A stretch of DNA of 64,000 nt from Eledone cirrhosa (taxonomy: Eukaryota). Positions 51,763 through 64,000 of the stretch are shown piece after piece. Each line of letters starts with the position of its first letter. Positions within the stretch are counted from its first letter, which is position 1. The notes under the pieces are model-generated. The model ran no database searches and was not told the DNA's origin. It worked only from the letters and a program-made list of their open reading frames with translations. Location: assembly GCA_964016885.1 (NCBI GenBank), contig OZ024754.1:10664001-10728000 (forward strand), written 5' to 3'. The translations under genes and the position numbers were made by a program.

Positions 51763-52439
51763 AATGAGGTTAAAGTAAGTTAAAGTAAGTTGATTTATCC
51801 GAAAACTTGGATATGCTATTGTTACAAAGCAAACTAACAATTTTTTTTCATTTGTAGTTGCAATCTGACTGGACTGGAAATCATCTACTACAATTCACTT
51901 ACTCATTTGTTGTATATATTTTACCATTTACTAATAAATATACCTTCCTGCGTGGTCATGAAAACCCTCTTTCGTGGTCTCTAAGCTCACAAAGCATAGG
52001 AGACATCAAGTTAAATATCAACATTTATTCTGTCCGTTTCATTAAACGGAAAATTGGAAAGCTTTGAAATGATATAATTGCCACTTTCTCCCAGATAAGA
52101 GCACTCTTTGGATAGACAGAGTTGCTCTTGTATAAATGTTCAAAATAGTTGGTATCGCCTGGTGGGAATATAAGAAATTCAACTGGTCCTTATTCATAAA
52201 AAAGAACATTTATGTTCCTTTTATTGAAATTTATATATTTCCTTTCAAGGAATGTATTTATACTCTCAGCTGCCTGCAATGGTATCTTTGGAATATTGTT
52301 AATCAATTGTTTAGTAATCTACTGATATCAAAATCAGTAGTATATTGAAAAATGGAAAAATAGGGGGGGGGGGGTCGTGATTTCAAGGGACAAAAGGAGG
52401 GCGTTTGGCCTAAATGGGTTGAGAACCTGTGATCTAAAT

Positions 52440-52624
52440 AATTGTTTCTACTTTTGGCACAAGGCCAGCAATTATCCCAGTGCATTACTGGTACTTTATT
52501 TTATCGACCCCATAAGGATGAAAGGCAAAGTTAACCTTGGCGGGATTTGAACTCAGACTGTAAAGGGCCGCAACTCTGCTGCAAAGCATAGCGTCCGACC
52601 CACTACCGATACTGCCAATCCACT
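52440..52624 (-). mobile_element. SINE family 1 copy
   Basis: Family match; right-hand TSD GGTTATCTAAATAAT. Confidence 0.9.
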
Positions 52625-53416
52625 GGTTATCTAAATAATACAATACTTTTGTTTTAATGCAAGAGGAAAATTTACCAGAGCCTTTTTCACTCTCTCTTCC
52701 CTCTCTGTTTCTCTATCTCTAATCTTTACAATATTCCCACCTTCATTCTATCACGCACTCTCTCAGTACACCTTATATTTTCTTTTTTCCCAATCTTCTC
52801 AATCTTTTACTGAACTTCTACTCGGACAATTTTTTATATACTAAATCACTCTCGCTCTTTCTTCTCTCAATACACCTGCAACTCTTTCTCTCTTTCTTAT
52901 TTTCCTCTACCTTCTCTCTATCTGATTCTCATTTTCCTCTACCTTCTCCCCCCCTCTCTCTCTCTCTCTCTTTGTCTCATAACTATTAATCATATCATCA
53001 CTAGATAAAAATATTCTTAGCTGGTACAATTATTTCCACTCCTTCCTACTACAGTAGAATACAACTTGTCCATGGTGGCCTCAATCAAATTGGGGATTCT
53101 AAGGTAACTAAAATGTTAAAGGCAACAGTAAAGGTTATTTTCACTATTAGAAACCATTTAAGTTAGCTTTTAACATCATTAGTCTAGCACACTCACACTT
53201 ACACATTTTGATTTTGTTCAATCAATAACCACCACCCACCAAAAGACATTAAATCCAGAATCATGGTACAGCCCAAATACTTTACTTTTCATGATCAGGC
53301 TTATAGATAATAGTAAGTTTCATCAAGCATGAAGGAGCAGCTACATACACACCACAATCTAATGTTAGAAACATTTGGCAACAAATGACAAAGTCCAAAA
53401 ATTCCCTCTACATTAT

Positions 53417-53627
53417 TTAACCCTTTAGCATTTAAACCGGCCATAACCGGCCAGAATTCTCTCACTTTTTTCTGTTCAAATCGGCTGTAAGTGGCCGTTC
53501 ATACTGATGTTAAGGTATTGTTCTCAAAAAACATCAACATTTCATAGATTCAATATTATATGAGGTAAAGCCTTTATTGTGAAAATATAATAATATATAT
53601 AGAGTAATGTAAATGCTAAAGGGTTAA
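53417..53627. mobile_element. TTAA MITE family A copy
   Basis: TTAA-flanked TIRs. Confidence 0.92.
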
Positions 53628-54621
53628 GGCAGTAGAAAGAATCCTAGTCAAACAAGGTGCAGATGAAGAACAAAGGTGATAGTGATTCCAACAGCAGCCT
53701 ATACTATGTATCAACTCAACATCCTGTACCACATGAAACAGCATTAGCAAGATATTCTTGAAAAATTCGAAACAGGACTATGACTGCACTACATTAAAAA
53801 CTAATGTCTTTTCTTAAATACCACAAATTTTTACAACAATCCATCTGTCCACTAGTAAAGACGCTATAACATTTGAATTGACAAACTCCGGGTTTTAAAA
53901 CATTTTTTTTTTTTGTTTAATAAACCATTAAAGGATGTTAAAAGTTGATGGAGTAGGTGATGAAGGATAAGGATTGTAATGAAAGACTTTAATGATGATG
54001 ATGGTAGGGAGTATGAGAACAAAAATGTTTGTGGTGGTGATAGTAGTAGTAGCAACAATAACAGCCTTAACTCATCTGGAGTGACTGCTTTTAATTTCCA
54101 AGTTTTACTTATGGAATTTTTGTATATAATCTTACTCCCTCATCAACATATTTCTTGGGAGGTAAATGAAACCATACAATTTAATTGACTCATGTCACAG
54201 ATAAGCTGGATGCAGCTCCTCCATAATGTAGGAGAGGCAGCCAAGACTTTGTTCTGGGTGATCCTTAATGGTGGTAATAATGTATGACAAAGGAAGTAAC
54301 CTCTAAGCTAAGCTGTCAAAATGTTAAACAAAACTGATAAGGAGGACTGGGTTTTAGCATTTTCTATTGTCTATTGTTAAATAGATTAAAGCTAGATTTT
54401 CTGGTTTCCTGAATGACAGATAAACTATAAATATGCCTAAATGCACATCAGCTCCTTCAAACAGGTCTGTAAAGATTATAAAACAGCTGTTAAAGAATGG
54501 AAATTTTTTATCATCTAGAAATAATATATATTGCCATAGAAGGCAGTTCTGAAAAAGAGAAGATGAAAAGGACTGAGGGGCAAACTTTCAAGTAAAATAA
54601 TACAATGAAATGTCTACGAAA

Positions 54622-55102
54622 TGGGAGGAGGAGGAAGTGGAGAGGAGTAGAAGGAAGAGAAGAAGGAAGAAGGGAAGAAGGAAGAAGAGAAGAAGGAAGA
54701 AGAGAAGAAGGAAGAAGAGAAGAAGGAAGAAGAGAAGAAGGAAGAAGAGAAGAAGGAAGAAGAGAAGACGGGAGAAGAGGATAAAGGGAAGGAAGAGAAG
54801 GAGAAGGGAGAAGAGGATAAAGGGAAGGAAGAGAAGGAGAAGGAAGAAGAGGATAAAGGGAAGGAAGAGAAGGAGAAGGAAGAAGAGGATAAAGGGAAGG
54901 AAGAGAAGAAGGAAGAAGAGAGGAGAAGAAAGGGGAGGAGAGAAGGAGAAGGAAGGAGAGGAGGAGAAAAGAATGAAGAGAAGAATGAAAAGAGGAGAAT
55001 GAAAAGAGGAGAAGGGGAATGAGGAAGGAAGAGGAAGGAAGAGGGGGAGGATGAAGAAGGAGGATGATGAGGGAGAAGAAGAGGAGGGAGAAGAAGAGGT
55101 GG
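54622..55102. repeat. Polypurine (GAA/GGA) repeat with 15- and 33-bp periodicity
   Basis: AGAAGGAAGAAGAGA units, then GAAGAGGATAAAGGGAAGGAAGAGAAGGAGAAG units. Confidence 0.93.
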
Positions 55103-55559
55103 ATAAAAAAAATTTCTAAAATATGGTAAATAATCCAAAGAGTAATAAAAATTAAAATAATAATTTAAAGACAATCAAAATGATTATTTTGCTTCGAAAC
55201 TGATAAAATATGAAAGAAATGTAACTAAAACCCTGACAAGATGTCCACACATATATATACTATATATATAATATATATATATATATAACCAAAGATTAAT
55301 ATGGTTCATTGATTACTCAATGAATACAATTTTACAATAGATTAAAAGCACTCAACAGTCATTTTCCTAAAGACAGACACTGGTCTCTTGGAGACGCAGG
55401 ACATGACAGCGATAATGAGGGCCAGAGACTGCTGCAGAGAACTCGTCCATGGATCTCGGGGCATTTTACCCGCCCTAGATAGATACATTCACCCCAGTCC
55501 AAATGTACAAAGACCGGAATTAATATCAATATATTAAAAGATAAGAACAAAACATTAAT

Positions 55560-55727
55560 AATAATTGTTTCTACTATTGGCACAAGGCCAGCAATTACCC
55601 CCAGTGCATTACTGGTACTTTATTTTATCGACCCCCGTAAGGATGAAAGGCAAAGTTAACCACAGTGGGATTTGAACTCAGAATGGAAAGGGCCGTAACT
55701 CTATGCGTCAAAGCCTGGTGTCTGGCC
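55560..55727 (-). mobile_element. SINE family 1 copy (5'-truncated)
   Basis: Family match. Confidence 0.85.
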
Positions 55728-55834
55728 CTGCACAAGGACAACAATTTGAAGGGGAGGGAAAGTTGATGAAATTGACTCCAGTGTATGACTGGGGTCTCTT
55801 TCATTGGAGACGATGAGCTCTCCTGGCACATGCT

Positions 55835-56005
55835 GTGCAGATCTGATTAAGTTCCTGGCTTTAAGCTGCTGCAAAGGCCCAACCTTCCGAGTTCTTTTTA
55901 CAGGGCCTAGAAAAACTGAAGCACCGCTGCAATAAGTGTGTGAATCTGAGAGGGGAATATCTTGAATAAAATCATAATTTCTGTATTTTCTTTTACCCAA
56001 AGCAC
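55835..56005 (+). mobile_element. Internally deleted mariner element (transposase C-terminus remnant)
   Basis: 'SEFFLQGLEKLKHRCNKCVNLRGEYLE*' matches the mariner C-terminal pattern G+..L..R..KC+...G.Y+E. Confidence 0.75.
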
Positions 56006-56012
56006 CCCCCCC

Positions 56013-56086
<74 letters not shown>

Positions 56087-56208
56087 TCCACTATTATTTT
56101 TGGTAAAGGTTTCAAGCTCAAAGTGTTATTAAAGTCGACAGTATGCAGGAATTCAAAAGGCAAAGATGTACTCCAAAGAGTTAAGATACTGGTAGTTGAA
56201 GACAGTAC

Positions 56209-56251
<43 letters not shown>

Positions 56252-56760
56252 TTCCAAGATATCCTCAATAGCCTTTGAAGTCATGATAAAAAGTAGAGAT
56301 AAATAGATAAAAAAAAATTAACTATTCAAAAAATAACACTGAAATTAAATATCAACCCAAAATATTACTAACATTAATTAAAAAAAAAAAAAATAGAAGT
56401 GTCAAAACTGCACAAAATGTCCCTTCCCCTAAAATATAGGGGCTGCTTTTATATCTTATTACTACTACTACTTCTTACTATAAAGGAACCATTGTTTTCA
56501 TAAGGTCTGTCAGATAAATTAGCTTACAAATGGACTCAGTTCTTTATTCAGTCTTCTTGTAAAGCTGTAAATATTTTGTAGATATCAGCTGTGCAAATAA
56601 TGGTCCCTCATGAAACATACTCCAGAAAGAGAAAAGCTCCTTGTAGATTTTCTAAAGATTAGTTTTATATAAACTCACATATAAATACAGGTTAATCTAG
56701 AACTATTCAAAAACAGATATTACCATACAAGGCCACAGCTCTGCTAAACTAATCTTATTA

Positions 56761-57177
56761 TGGGTGGATTGGCAGTATCGGTAGAGAGTCGGACGCCATG
56801 CTTTCCAGCATAGTTACGTCCCTTTACGATCGGAGTTCAAATCCCGCCGAGGTTGACTTTGCCTTTCATCCTTACGGGGTCGAGAAAATAAAGTACCAGT
56901 AATGCACTGAGTAATTGCTGGCCTTGTGCCTAAAGTAGAAACAATTATGGAACAATGGGCAGAAGATTAGCAGAATCAGTAGAGCACTGGACATAATGCT
57001 TCATAGTATTATTTTACTGTTCTTTACTTTCTGAGCTCAAATCCTACTCAAGTCAATTTTGCCTTCCATTTTTCCAGAGTCAATAAAATAAAGTACCAGT
57101 AAAGTACTGGGGTTGATGCAGTTGACTTAACCCTTCCCCTAAAATTGCCGGCTTTGTGTCTAAATTAGAAAACATTA
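56761..57177 (+). mobile_element. Young SINE family 1 copy (56761-56948) followed by an older, longer subfamily copy (56957-57177)
   Basis: Both have A/B boxes and the shared core. The older copy has an extra GGGGTTGATGCAGTTGACTTAACCCTTCCCCTAAA segment. Confidence 0.85.
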
Positions 57178-58489
57178 TAGAACAAAGGATATTTTATAAA
57201 ATTGTAAACTTTAAAGGGTTAAAGTTTACAATTTGAAACTTACTGCCAGTATATATTAGAGAAACTAGTTTATTTACCTATTAAAAAAGTGAAAACTATA
57301 TCTCAAAGCAACTAAGCAAGTGTTCCAGTTGTTCAAACAACAGAACAGCCTGCTTATGAAATTAACATGCAAGTGGCTGAGCATTCCACAGACATGTGCC
57401 ATTAACATAGTTCTCAGGGATATCCTGTGTGACCCAGTATGGCCTTTTCAATTACAGATACAATTCATTTTCAGTGAACTGGAGCAAGGTTCACAGTGCA
57501 CCACCCTGACCAAGAATCAAACTCACACCCTTATAATCATGAGCAAAACACCTTTACCACAAGCTACCTACTTTCATACAAAAAAGATGCTTACAGCAAT
57601 AAGTTTCTCAATCAGGTACTCAGAAACAAATTAAAATATCATTATCTTTAATCACTTCTATATGTCAGTAATCAACATAAACTATAAAGTTTATTCTATG
57701 CAAACCATTAATTTATCAAAACATACATTTTCCAGTTCATATGATTGCTCATACATCCAGTAATCTTGGTATATATGGTATAGCAATCCTGGACTCCAAA
57801 AATTAAATATGTCAAACACTATCAGCATCATTATTAATCGCACTGATCTACTAGTGTTGTAATAATAGCTATGAGATTACCAATATCTGGAATAAACTGC
57901 GTTACATACCGACAGAGGAACATAGCAACGCATTCATTTATAAAATATGAGCCATAGTTGTCTGTTGTTATCATTGTTATGGTTGACACCAGCACAGGTT
58001 TAGCTGTCCTCCTATCAGGTTACATCTCATAAGAGGTCAATTAGATGTTTTAATGATAGCAACCTCGCTCTTATCCTCTATTGCCAATTTAGCTACCATT
58101 CTAGCAGACAGCTACCAATGTCACTCTAGATTGTTTTCATACAAAACTTAGTATTACTTGCTATTATTTTGGTGTACAAATGAGATAAAGTTTTTCACTA
58201 TCCACTTAACAGATTGTGAATTTATATATATAGTGAAAGTTTGCCGTTTCTGGGCAAGATATCTCATACTGTATACTAGGAAAATAAGTAACTCATCCTC
58301 TGAGAATATTATCTAAGGGTGATTAGGAAGAGCATCCATCCATAGAAACCTAGCCAAAATACAGATCAGTGTGCAAAAGACATGGTCTCTGGACTTGGCG
58401 TGATCTCTGGACTTGGCGTGGTCTCTGGACTTGGCGTGGTCTCAAAACATGACAACCCCTCTAACCCATGCAAGCATGGAAAATGGACG

Positions 58490-58715
58490 TTAACCCTTTA
58501 GCATTTACATTACCACAAAACTACAATAGTAATTATAGAGTAGAGGCTTTACCTTACATAATGATCTCACATAATATCGAATCTACAACATTTTTATGTT
58601 ATTCATTTTGAGAACAATATAACGTCAGTATGAGAGACCAGTTATGGCTGGTTTGAACAGAAAGAGGCGAGAGAATTCTGGCCGGATACAGCCGGTTTAA
58701 ATACTGAAGGGTTAA
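58490..58715. mobile_element. TTAA MITE family A copy inserted in an RTE-type tail
   Basis: ...GCATGGAAAATGGACG-TTAA[MITE]TTAA-ACAATGATCAT. Confidence 0.85.
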
Positions 58716-59507
58716 ACAATGATCATATTTATCTCATCTACTTAACACTACTGAATTCAGAACTAAACACCAACATTTACCAATATTTAAATTTGTTTCA
58801 CTTTGAAGAATACTAAAGTGAAATTAGAAACCACCAGTGTGTTTATTATAAGCCAACATTTATAAAATAGCTGCGTGAAACAATTGCAGCAAATATCCAG
58901 ATGCTCAGAAGAATCCAATCTAATATTCCTTGATAAAATGAATATAAATATCAGTCTTATTTTGTTTTGTTTCATTATTCATTTGTTTGTTTTTCTTTCT
59001 TTTACGAGACTAACCACACATGTAAGTCTTCAAATACTATAAGACAAAATGACTGACAATATACTTAAATACAAAGATCTTTATCAACCCCATTTTGAAA
59101 AGCTTTTCAAGCAAGAATGAGATAGACTTTCCAATATAAGTCAATGCAGATCAGAAAGAGGGTATGGAATTATCATAATAACAAACTTACAAAGCACTGA
59201 CCCTAAGATCTAGCATCTAGCAGATGAAGACAATCAAAAACAAGAACATCTGATAAAAACTGTAACATTAAAAGTTATAACAACACAGTAACCTAATATG
59301 CTTATGAACGGCAAATATATCCCTGTATGGGGGTCAACAGGGATCAAGTTCCAATGATAAACCATTCCATGCTTCCATTCCACATACACACCAATTTATA
59401 AAGTGTTTTACTATAATTGGTCTACAGTAGTACATCTGCCGAAAATTATGTATTAGCCAAACATACTCTGGTGTTAATCATCTGGGTAGTTAGCAGAGAG
59501 AGAGAGC

Positions 59508-61190
59508 CTGTGTGTAGTGTGTGAGTGTGTGTGTGGTGTGAGTGTGTGTGGTGTGAGTGTGTGTGGTGTGAGTGTGGTGTGTGTGTGTGTGTGGTGTGAG
59601 TGTGTGTGGTGTGAGTGTGTGTGGTGTGAGTGTGGTGTGAGTGTGGTGCGAGTGTGGTGCGAGTGTGGTGCGAGTGTGGTGTGAGTGTGGTGTGTGTGTA
59701 TGTGTGTGTGGTGTATGTGTGATGTGAGTATGTGCATGTGTGTGAGTGTGCGTGTGGCGTGAGTATGTGAGTGTGTGTGTGGTGTGAGTGTATGTGTGTG
59801 GATGATGTGAGTGTGTGTATGTGTGAGTGTGGTGTGAGTGTGTGTGATGTGAGTGTGTGTGGTGTGAGTGTGTGTGGTGTGAGTGTGTGAGTGATGAGTG
59901 TGTGAGTGATGAGTGTGTGAGTGATGAGTGTGTGAGTGATGAGTGTGTGAGTGATGAGTGTGTGAGTGATGAGTGTGTGAGTGATGAGTGTGTGAGTGAT
60001 GAGTGTGTGAGTGATGAGTGTGTGAGTGATGAGTGTGTGAGTGATGAGTGTGTGAGTGATGAGTGTGTGAGTGATGAGTGTGTGAGTGATGAGTGTGTGA
60101 GTGATGAGTGTGTGAGTGATGAGTGTGTGAGTGATGAGTGTGTGAGTGATGAGTGTGTGAGTGATGAGTGTGTGAGTGATGAGTGTGTGAGTGATGAGTG
60201 TGTGGATGTGGGATGAGTGTGTGAGTGCGGTGTGAGTATAGTGTGAGTGTGATGTGAGTGTGAGTGAGTGGGTTGTGTGTGTATATGTGTGGTGTGAGTG
60301 TGTGTGTGGTGAGAGTGTGTGTATGTGTGTGGTGTGAGTGTGTGTATGTGTGTGGTGTGAGTGTGTGTATGTGTGTGGTGTGAGTGTGTGTATGTGTGTG
60401 GTGTGAGTGTATGTGTGTGGTGTGAGTGTATGTGTGTGGTGTGAGTGTATGCGTGTGGTGTGAGTGTATGCGTGTGGTGTGAGTGTATATGTGTGTGTGG
60501 TGCGAGTGTATACGTGTGTGTGGTGCGAGTGTATATGTGTGTGTGGTGCGAGTGTATATGTGTGTGTGGTGTGAGAGTATATGTGTGTGTGGTGTGAGAG
60601 TATATGTGTGTGTGGTGCGAGTGTATATGTGTGTGTGGTGCGAGTGTATATGTGTGTGTGGTGCGAGTGTATATGTGTGTGTGGTGTGAGTGTATATGTG
60701 TGTGGTGTGAGTGTATATGTGTGTGGTGTGAGTGTATATGTGTGTGTGGTGTGAGAGTATATGTGTGTGGTGTGAGAGTATATGTGTGTGGTGTGAGTGT
60801 ATATGTGTGTGGTGAGAGTATATGTGTGTGTGGTGTGAGTGAGTATGTGTGTGTGGTGTGAGTGAGTATATGTGTGTGGTGTGAGTGAGTATATGTGTGT
60901 GGTATGAGTGAGTATATGTGTGTGGTGTGAGTGAGTATATGTGTGTGGTGTGAGTGTATATGTGTGTGGAGTGAGTGTATATGTGTGTGGAGTGAGTGTG
61001 TGTGTATATGTGTGGTGTGAGTGTGTGTATGTGTGTGGTGTGAGTGTGTGTATGTGTGTGGTGTGAGTGAGTGAGTGTATGTGTGTGGTGTGAGTGTGTG
61101 TGTGTGTGGTGTGAGTGTGTATATGGTGTGAGTGTATATGTGTGTGGTGTGAGTGTGTGTGTGTGAGTATGTGTGTGAGTGTGTCTGTGT
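59508..61190. repeat. GT-rich compound micro/minisatellite, including a perfect 15-bp array (~59880-60203)
   Basis: GATGAGTGTGTGAGT x~21, plus 18-23-bp GGTGTGAGTGTATATGTGTGT variants. Confidence 0.96.
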
Positions 61191-61799
61191 ACAGAATCTA
61201 ATGAGTATATACTATATTATGAAGATAAGCAACTTGTGATTTGTAAGATTTCCAGATTTCCGTACTTATCCATGGATATGTTTTCTGTTGCAGTCCAGTA
61301 GTTGGTATAGTTAACCCTTCGGATACCAAACTGCCTGGAACTGACCCAGGTTCTATCAAATATCCGCCTCTTAATGAGAGTGCAAAACCTATCCTGGAAA
61401 CGACATCCCACCTTGTCTAAAATCTATGGCAAACTCCCTTGAGCCTCTGCCCTTCTAAAGTCCCGGAGAGCTCAATTTGCTGGCCACTGTCACCGTGCCA
61501 GCAATGAAATCATATCCGCTCTCTTGCTCTGGAACCCTGACTCCAGCCTGACTAGGAGTAGGAAGCTGTCATTCCCTGACGTTATCTCTAGGGATACGGG
61601 AATCAGCAGACAGGACCTGGGGGCAGCGATGGGGGACAGGGGACTCTGGGGCATGAGAGTGAGATCCATCATCTCGACAGCAGTCGACGAGTGATGATGA
61701 GTGATCTATCATATGAAACCGTTTAAATTTAGACCTTCCATCATAATTCTATGTAAGAAAATTTGGTTATTTATTTATTTAATCCATTTAGATGGAGCT

Positions 61800-62830
61800 A
61801 GTCCATATAGAACTGGTCCGACATCATCAAAGACTGGACTGGACTGGTCAAAACACTGAAACACTTCTACTCATGACAGAGAATAGAGACCAGTGGTGAT
61901 AGCTAACTGCGAAAGTGTCTAGAGTGGCACCCCAATGACAGGCTGTACCAGTGGCACATCTAGAGTGGCACCTCAGCGACTGGCAGCAACAGTAACACAG
62001 AGTGGCACCCCAACAATAGGCTGTACCAGTGGCACATCTAGTGTGGCACCTCAGCGACTGGCGGCAACAGTAACACAGAGTGGCACCCCAACAATAGGCT
62101 GTACCAGTGGCACATCTAGTGTGGCACCCCAGCGACTGGTGGCACCAGTGGCACATCTAGTGTGGCACCCCAGCGACTGGTGGCACCAGTGGCACATCTA
62201 GTGTGACACCCCAGCGACTGGTGGCACCAGTGGCACATCTAGTGTGGCACCCCAGCGACTGGTGGCACCAGTGGCACATCTAGTGTGACACCCCAGCGAC
62301 TGGTGGCACCAGTGGCACATCTAGTGAGGCACCCCAGAGACTGACAGCACCAGTGGCACATTTAGAGTGGCACCCCAGCGACTGACAGCACCAGTGGCAC
62401 ATTCAGAGTGGCACCCCAATATCTGACGGCACCAGTGGCACATCTAGTGTGGCACCCCAGCGACTGGAGACACCAGCAACACATCTATAGTGGCACCCGA
62501 GCGACTGATAGCACCAGTGGCACATTCAGAGTGGCACCCCAGCAACTGGCGGCACCAGTGTCTAGAGTGGCACCCCAACAACTGGTGGCGCCAGTATCTA
62601 GAGTGGCACAATTGACACATCTAGAGTGGCACCCCAATGACTGGCTGCACCAGTGACACAGAGTGGCACCCCAACAATAGGCTGTACCAGTGGCACATCT
62701 AGAGAGGCACCCCAACGACTGGCTGCACCAGTATCTAGAGTGGCACCCCAACGACAGGCTGCATCGGAGGCACATTTAGAGCAGCACCCCAACGACTGGC
62801 TGCACCAGTTGCAGGAACATGATTGACAGG
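61800..62830 (+). mobile_element. RTE-like LINE 3' end containing a 41-bp minisatellite
   Basis: 'NWSDIIKDWTGL...ETLLLMTENRDQW..LTAKVSRVAPQ' leads directly into the array. Confidence 0.6.
61915..62810. repeat. 41-bp GC-rich minisatellite (~23 units, with shorter variants)
   Basis: Unit AGTGGCACATCTAGTGTGGCACCCCAGCGACTGGTGGCACC; starts at 62106 and 62147. Confidence 0.95.
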
Positions 62831-63462
62831 GCTAGTAAGACATGACAGACTAGGAGCGGTATCTAATACTCCTTACAATTAATAATTAAAAACAAAGGAG
62901 AGATAGAACGCAAAAAAAAAAGGAAACCAGGAGGCAAAAGAAACATAAATAAGAAAAAAAAAGTGAAAAACAAGGACAACTATAATTCAACTAAAAGTCT
63001 CTTGAATCTTTTCCTAGCTTCCATATACTGAAAGATCTTGTTTATGGTTGGTAGATCTTTGACAACATATTCTACCTCTAATGTAGTTTTTTAAAGACCA
63101 GCTTTAAGATGTCTTCTCTCTCTCACACTGATAGTTATAACACTGGAACAAATAGTGCCATAGAGTTTCTCGGTAGTCTCCATAACATAGAGGGGATTTT
63201 ATATGGCCTGTTTGTGTTAAAATATAGTTCAATGGTATATGGTCTGTTAGAAGCCAATATAGTTGTTTTTTTTAAACTCCAGATTGAAAATGAAAAGTTA
63301 GTTATTTTACTAAATCCCTCAAAATTCTGGTTTTCAAATTGATTGAAAACCATAAGCAGAGTATTTTATTAGAAGGATACTAATGAATAAATGGCGAATG
63401 TCATCAAATGTTCTCCAGGAAGAGACACTACAAGTTGACACAAATCTTTACTCTAAGTGTGT

Positions 63463-63506
<44 letters not shown>

Positions 63507-63867
63507 GCGAGAGAGCGAGAGAGCGAGAGCTTTTACATTAGCAACTAGTACAACATCACAATACATACAATACACATACTTAAATTGAGGAAATTTAAAT
63601 ATTTTCGCGAGAGAGGAGGGGGTGCAGTTATAGTAGTACTAGGTCAAAAATACTACAATGAACTACCAGCTTGTGAAATAACAGAGCTAGGCAAATTGCC
63701 TGTAATAATTGTTGTCAGATAAATCACCATCATAAAACTGATAAATATATATTTGTTATGGTAGGCTTTTATAGAATAGCTGTAATATCTGCTGAACAGA
63801 GGGACATGAAAATAACAAATGCTGTTGGTAAATGACACAAATGTGTAAGTGAAATATAATATAATAT

Positions 63868-64000
63868 AATTGTTTCTACTTTTGGCACAAGGCCAGCAAT
63901 TACCCAGTACATTACTGGTACTTTATTTTATCGACCCCGTAAGGATGAAAGGCAAAGTTAACCTTGGCGGGATTTGAACTCAAACCATAAAGAGACGTAA
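63868..64000 (-). mobile_element. SINE family 1 copy (cut by window end)
   Basis: Tail and core match. Confidence 0.88.

Larger units (their letters stand above)
50084..52431 (+). mobile_element. hAT DNA transposon (Buster/Charlie-like), internally deleted and defective
   Basis: TIRs CAAAGGTTCTCAAC / GTTGAGAACCTGTG and a perfect 8-bp TSD ATCTAAAT (50076-50083, 52432-52439). Confidence 0.93.

Noticed and set aside
54610-55002. Protamine-like K/R-rich ORF
   Set aside because: Polypurine simple repeat with no independent gene signals.
59857-60216. Cys-rich (SDECV)n ORF
   Set aside because: 15-bp GT-rich minisatellite within a larger microsatellite field.

Overview
This is AT-rich, repeat-dense eukaryotic genomic DNA. 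The SINE and LINE families and the microsatellite load best fit a coleoid cephalopod, probably Octopus (inference). I cannot support any intact host protein-coding gene: nearly all ORF-track entries are read-throughs of micro/minisatellites or decayed transposon ORFs. The window opens with a CpG-rich, promoter-like patch (~280-500). After that it is intron/intergenic sequence containing about 15 copies of one tRNA-type SINE, a second SINE family that shares its 3' tail with an RTE LINE, many RTE 3' fragments, and a 5'-truncated L1/Tx1 LINE. DNA elements include a hAT (Buster/Charlie-like) transposon with TIRs and an 8-bp TSD, plus TTAA (piggyBac-type), hAT, mariner and Tigger-like MITEs. Tandem repeats include an 8-kb 66-bp satellite with higher-order structure and several minisatellites born inside TEs. 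The most interesting signal is a near-canonical minimal type I hammerhead ribozyme on the minus strand at 33344-33386. It sits in a 442-bp direct-repeat-bounded, hairpin-rich unit (Penelope/retrozyme-like) that also carries a perfect 9-bp helix able to mask the cleavage site. Further degenerate hammerhead relics lie in palindromic elements, and inverted SINE pairs could form long dsRNA (candidate ADAR substrates).
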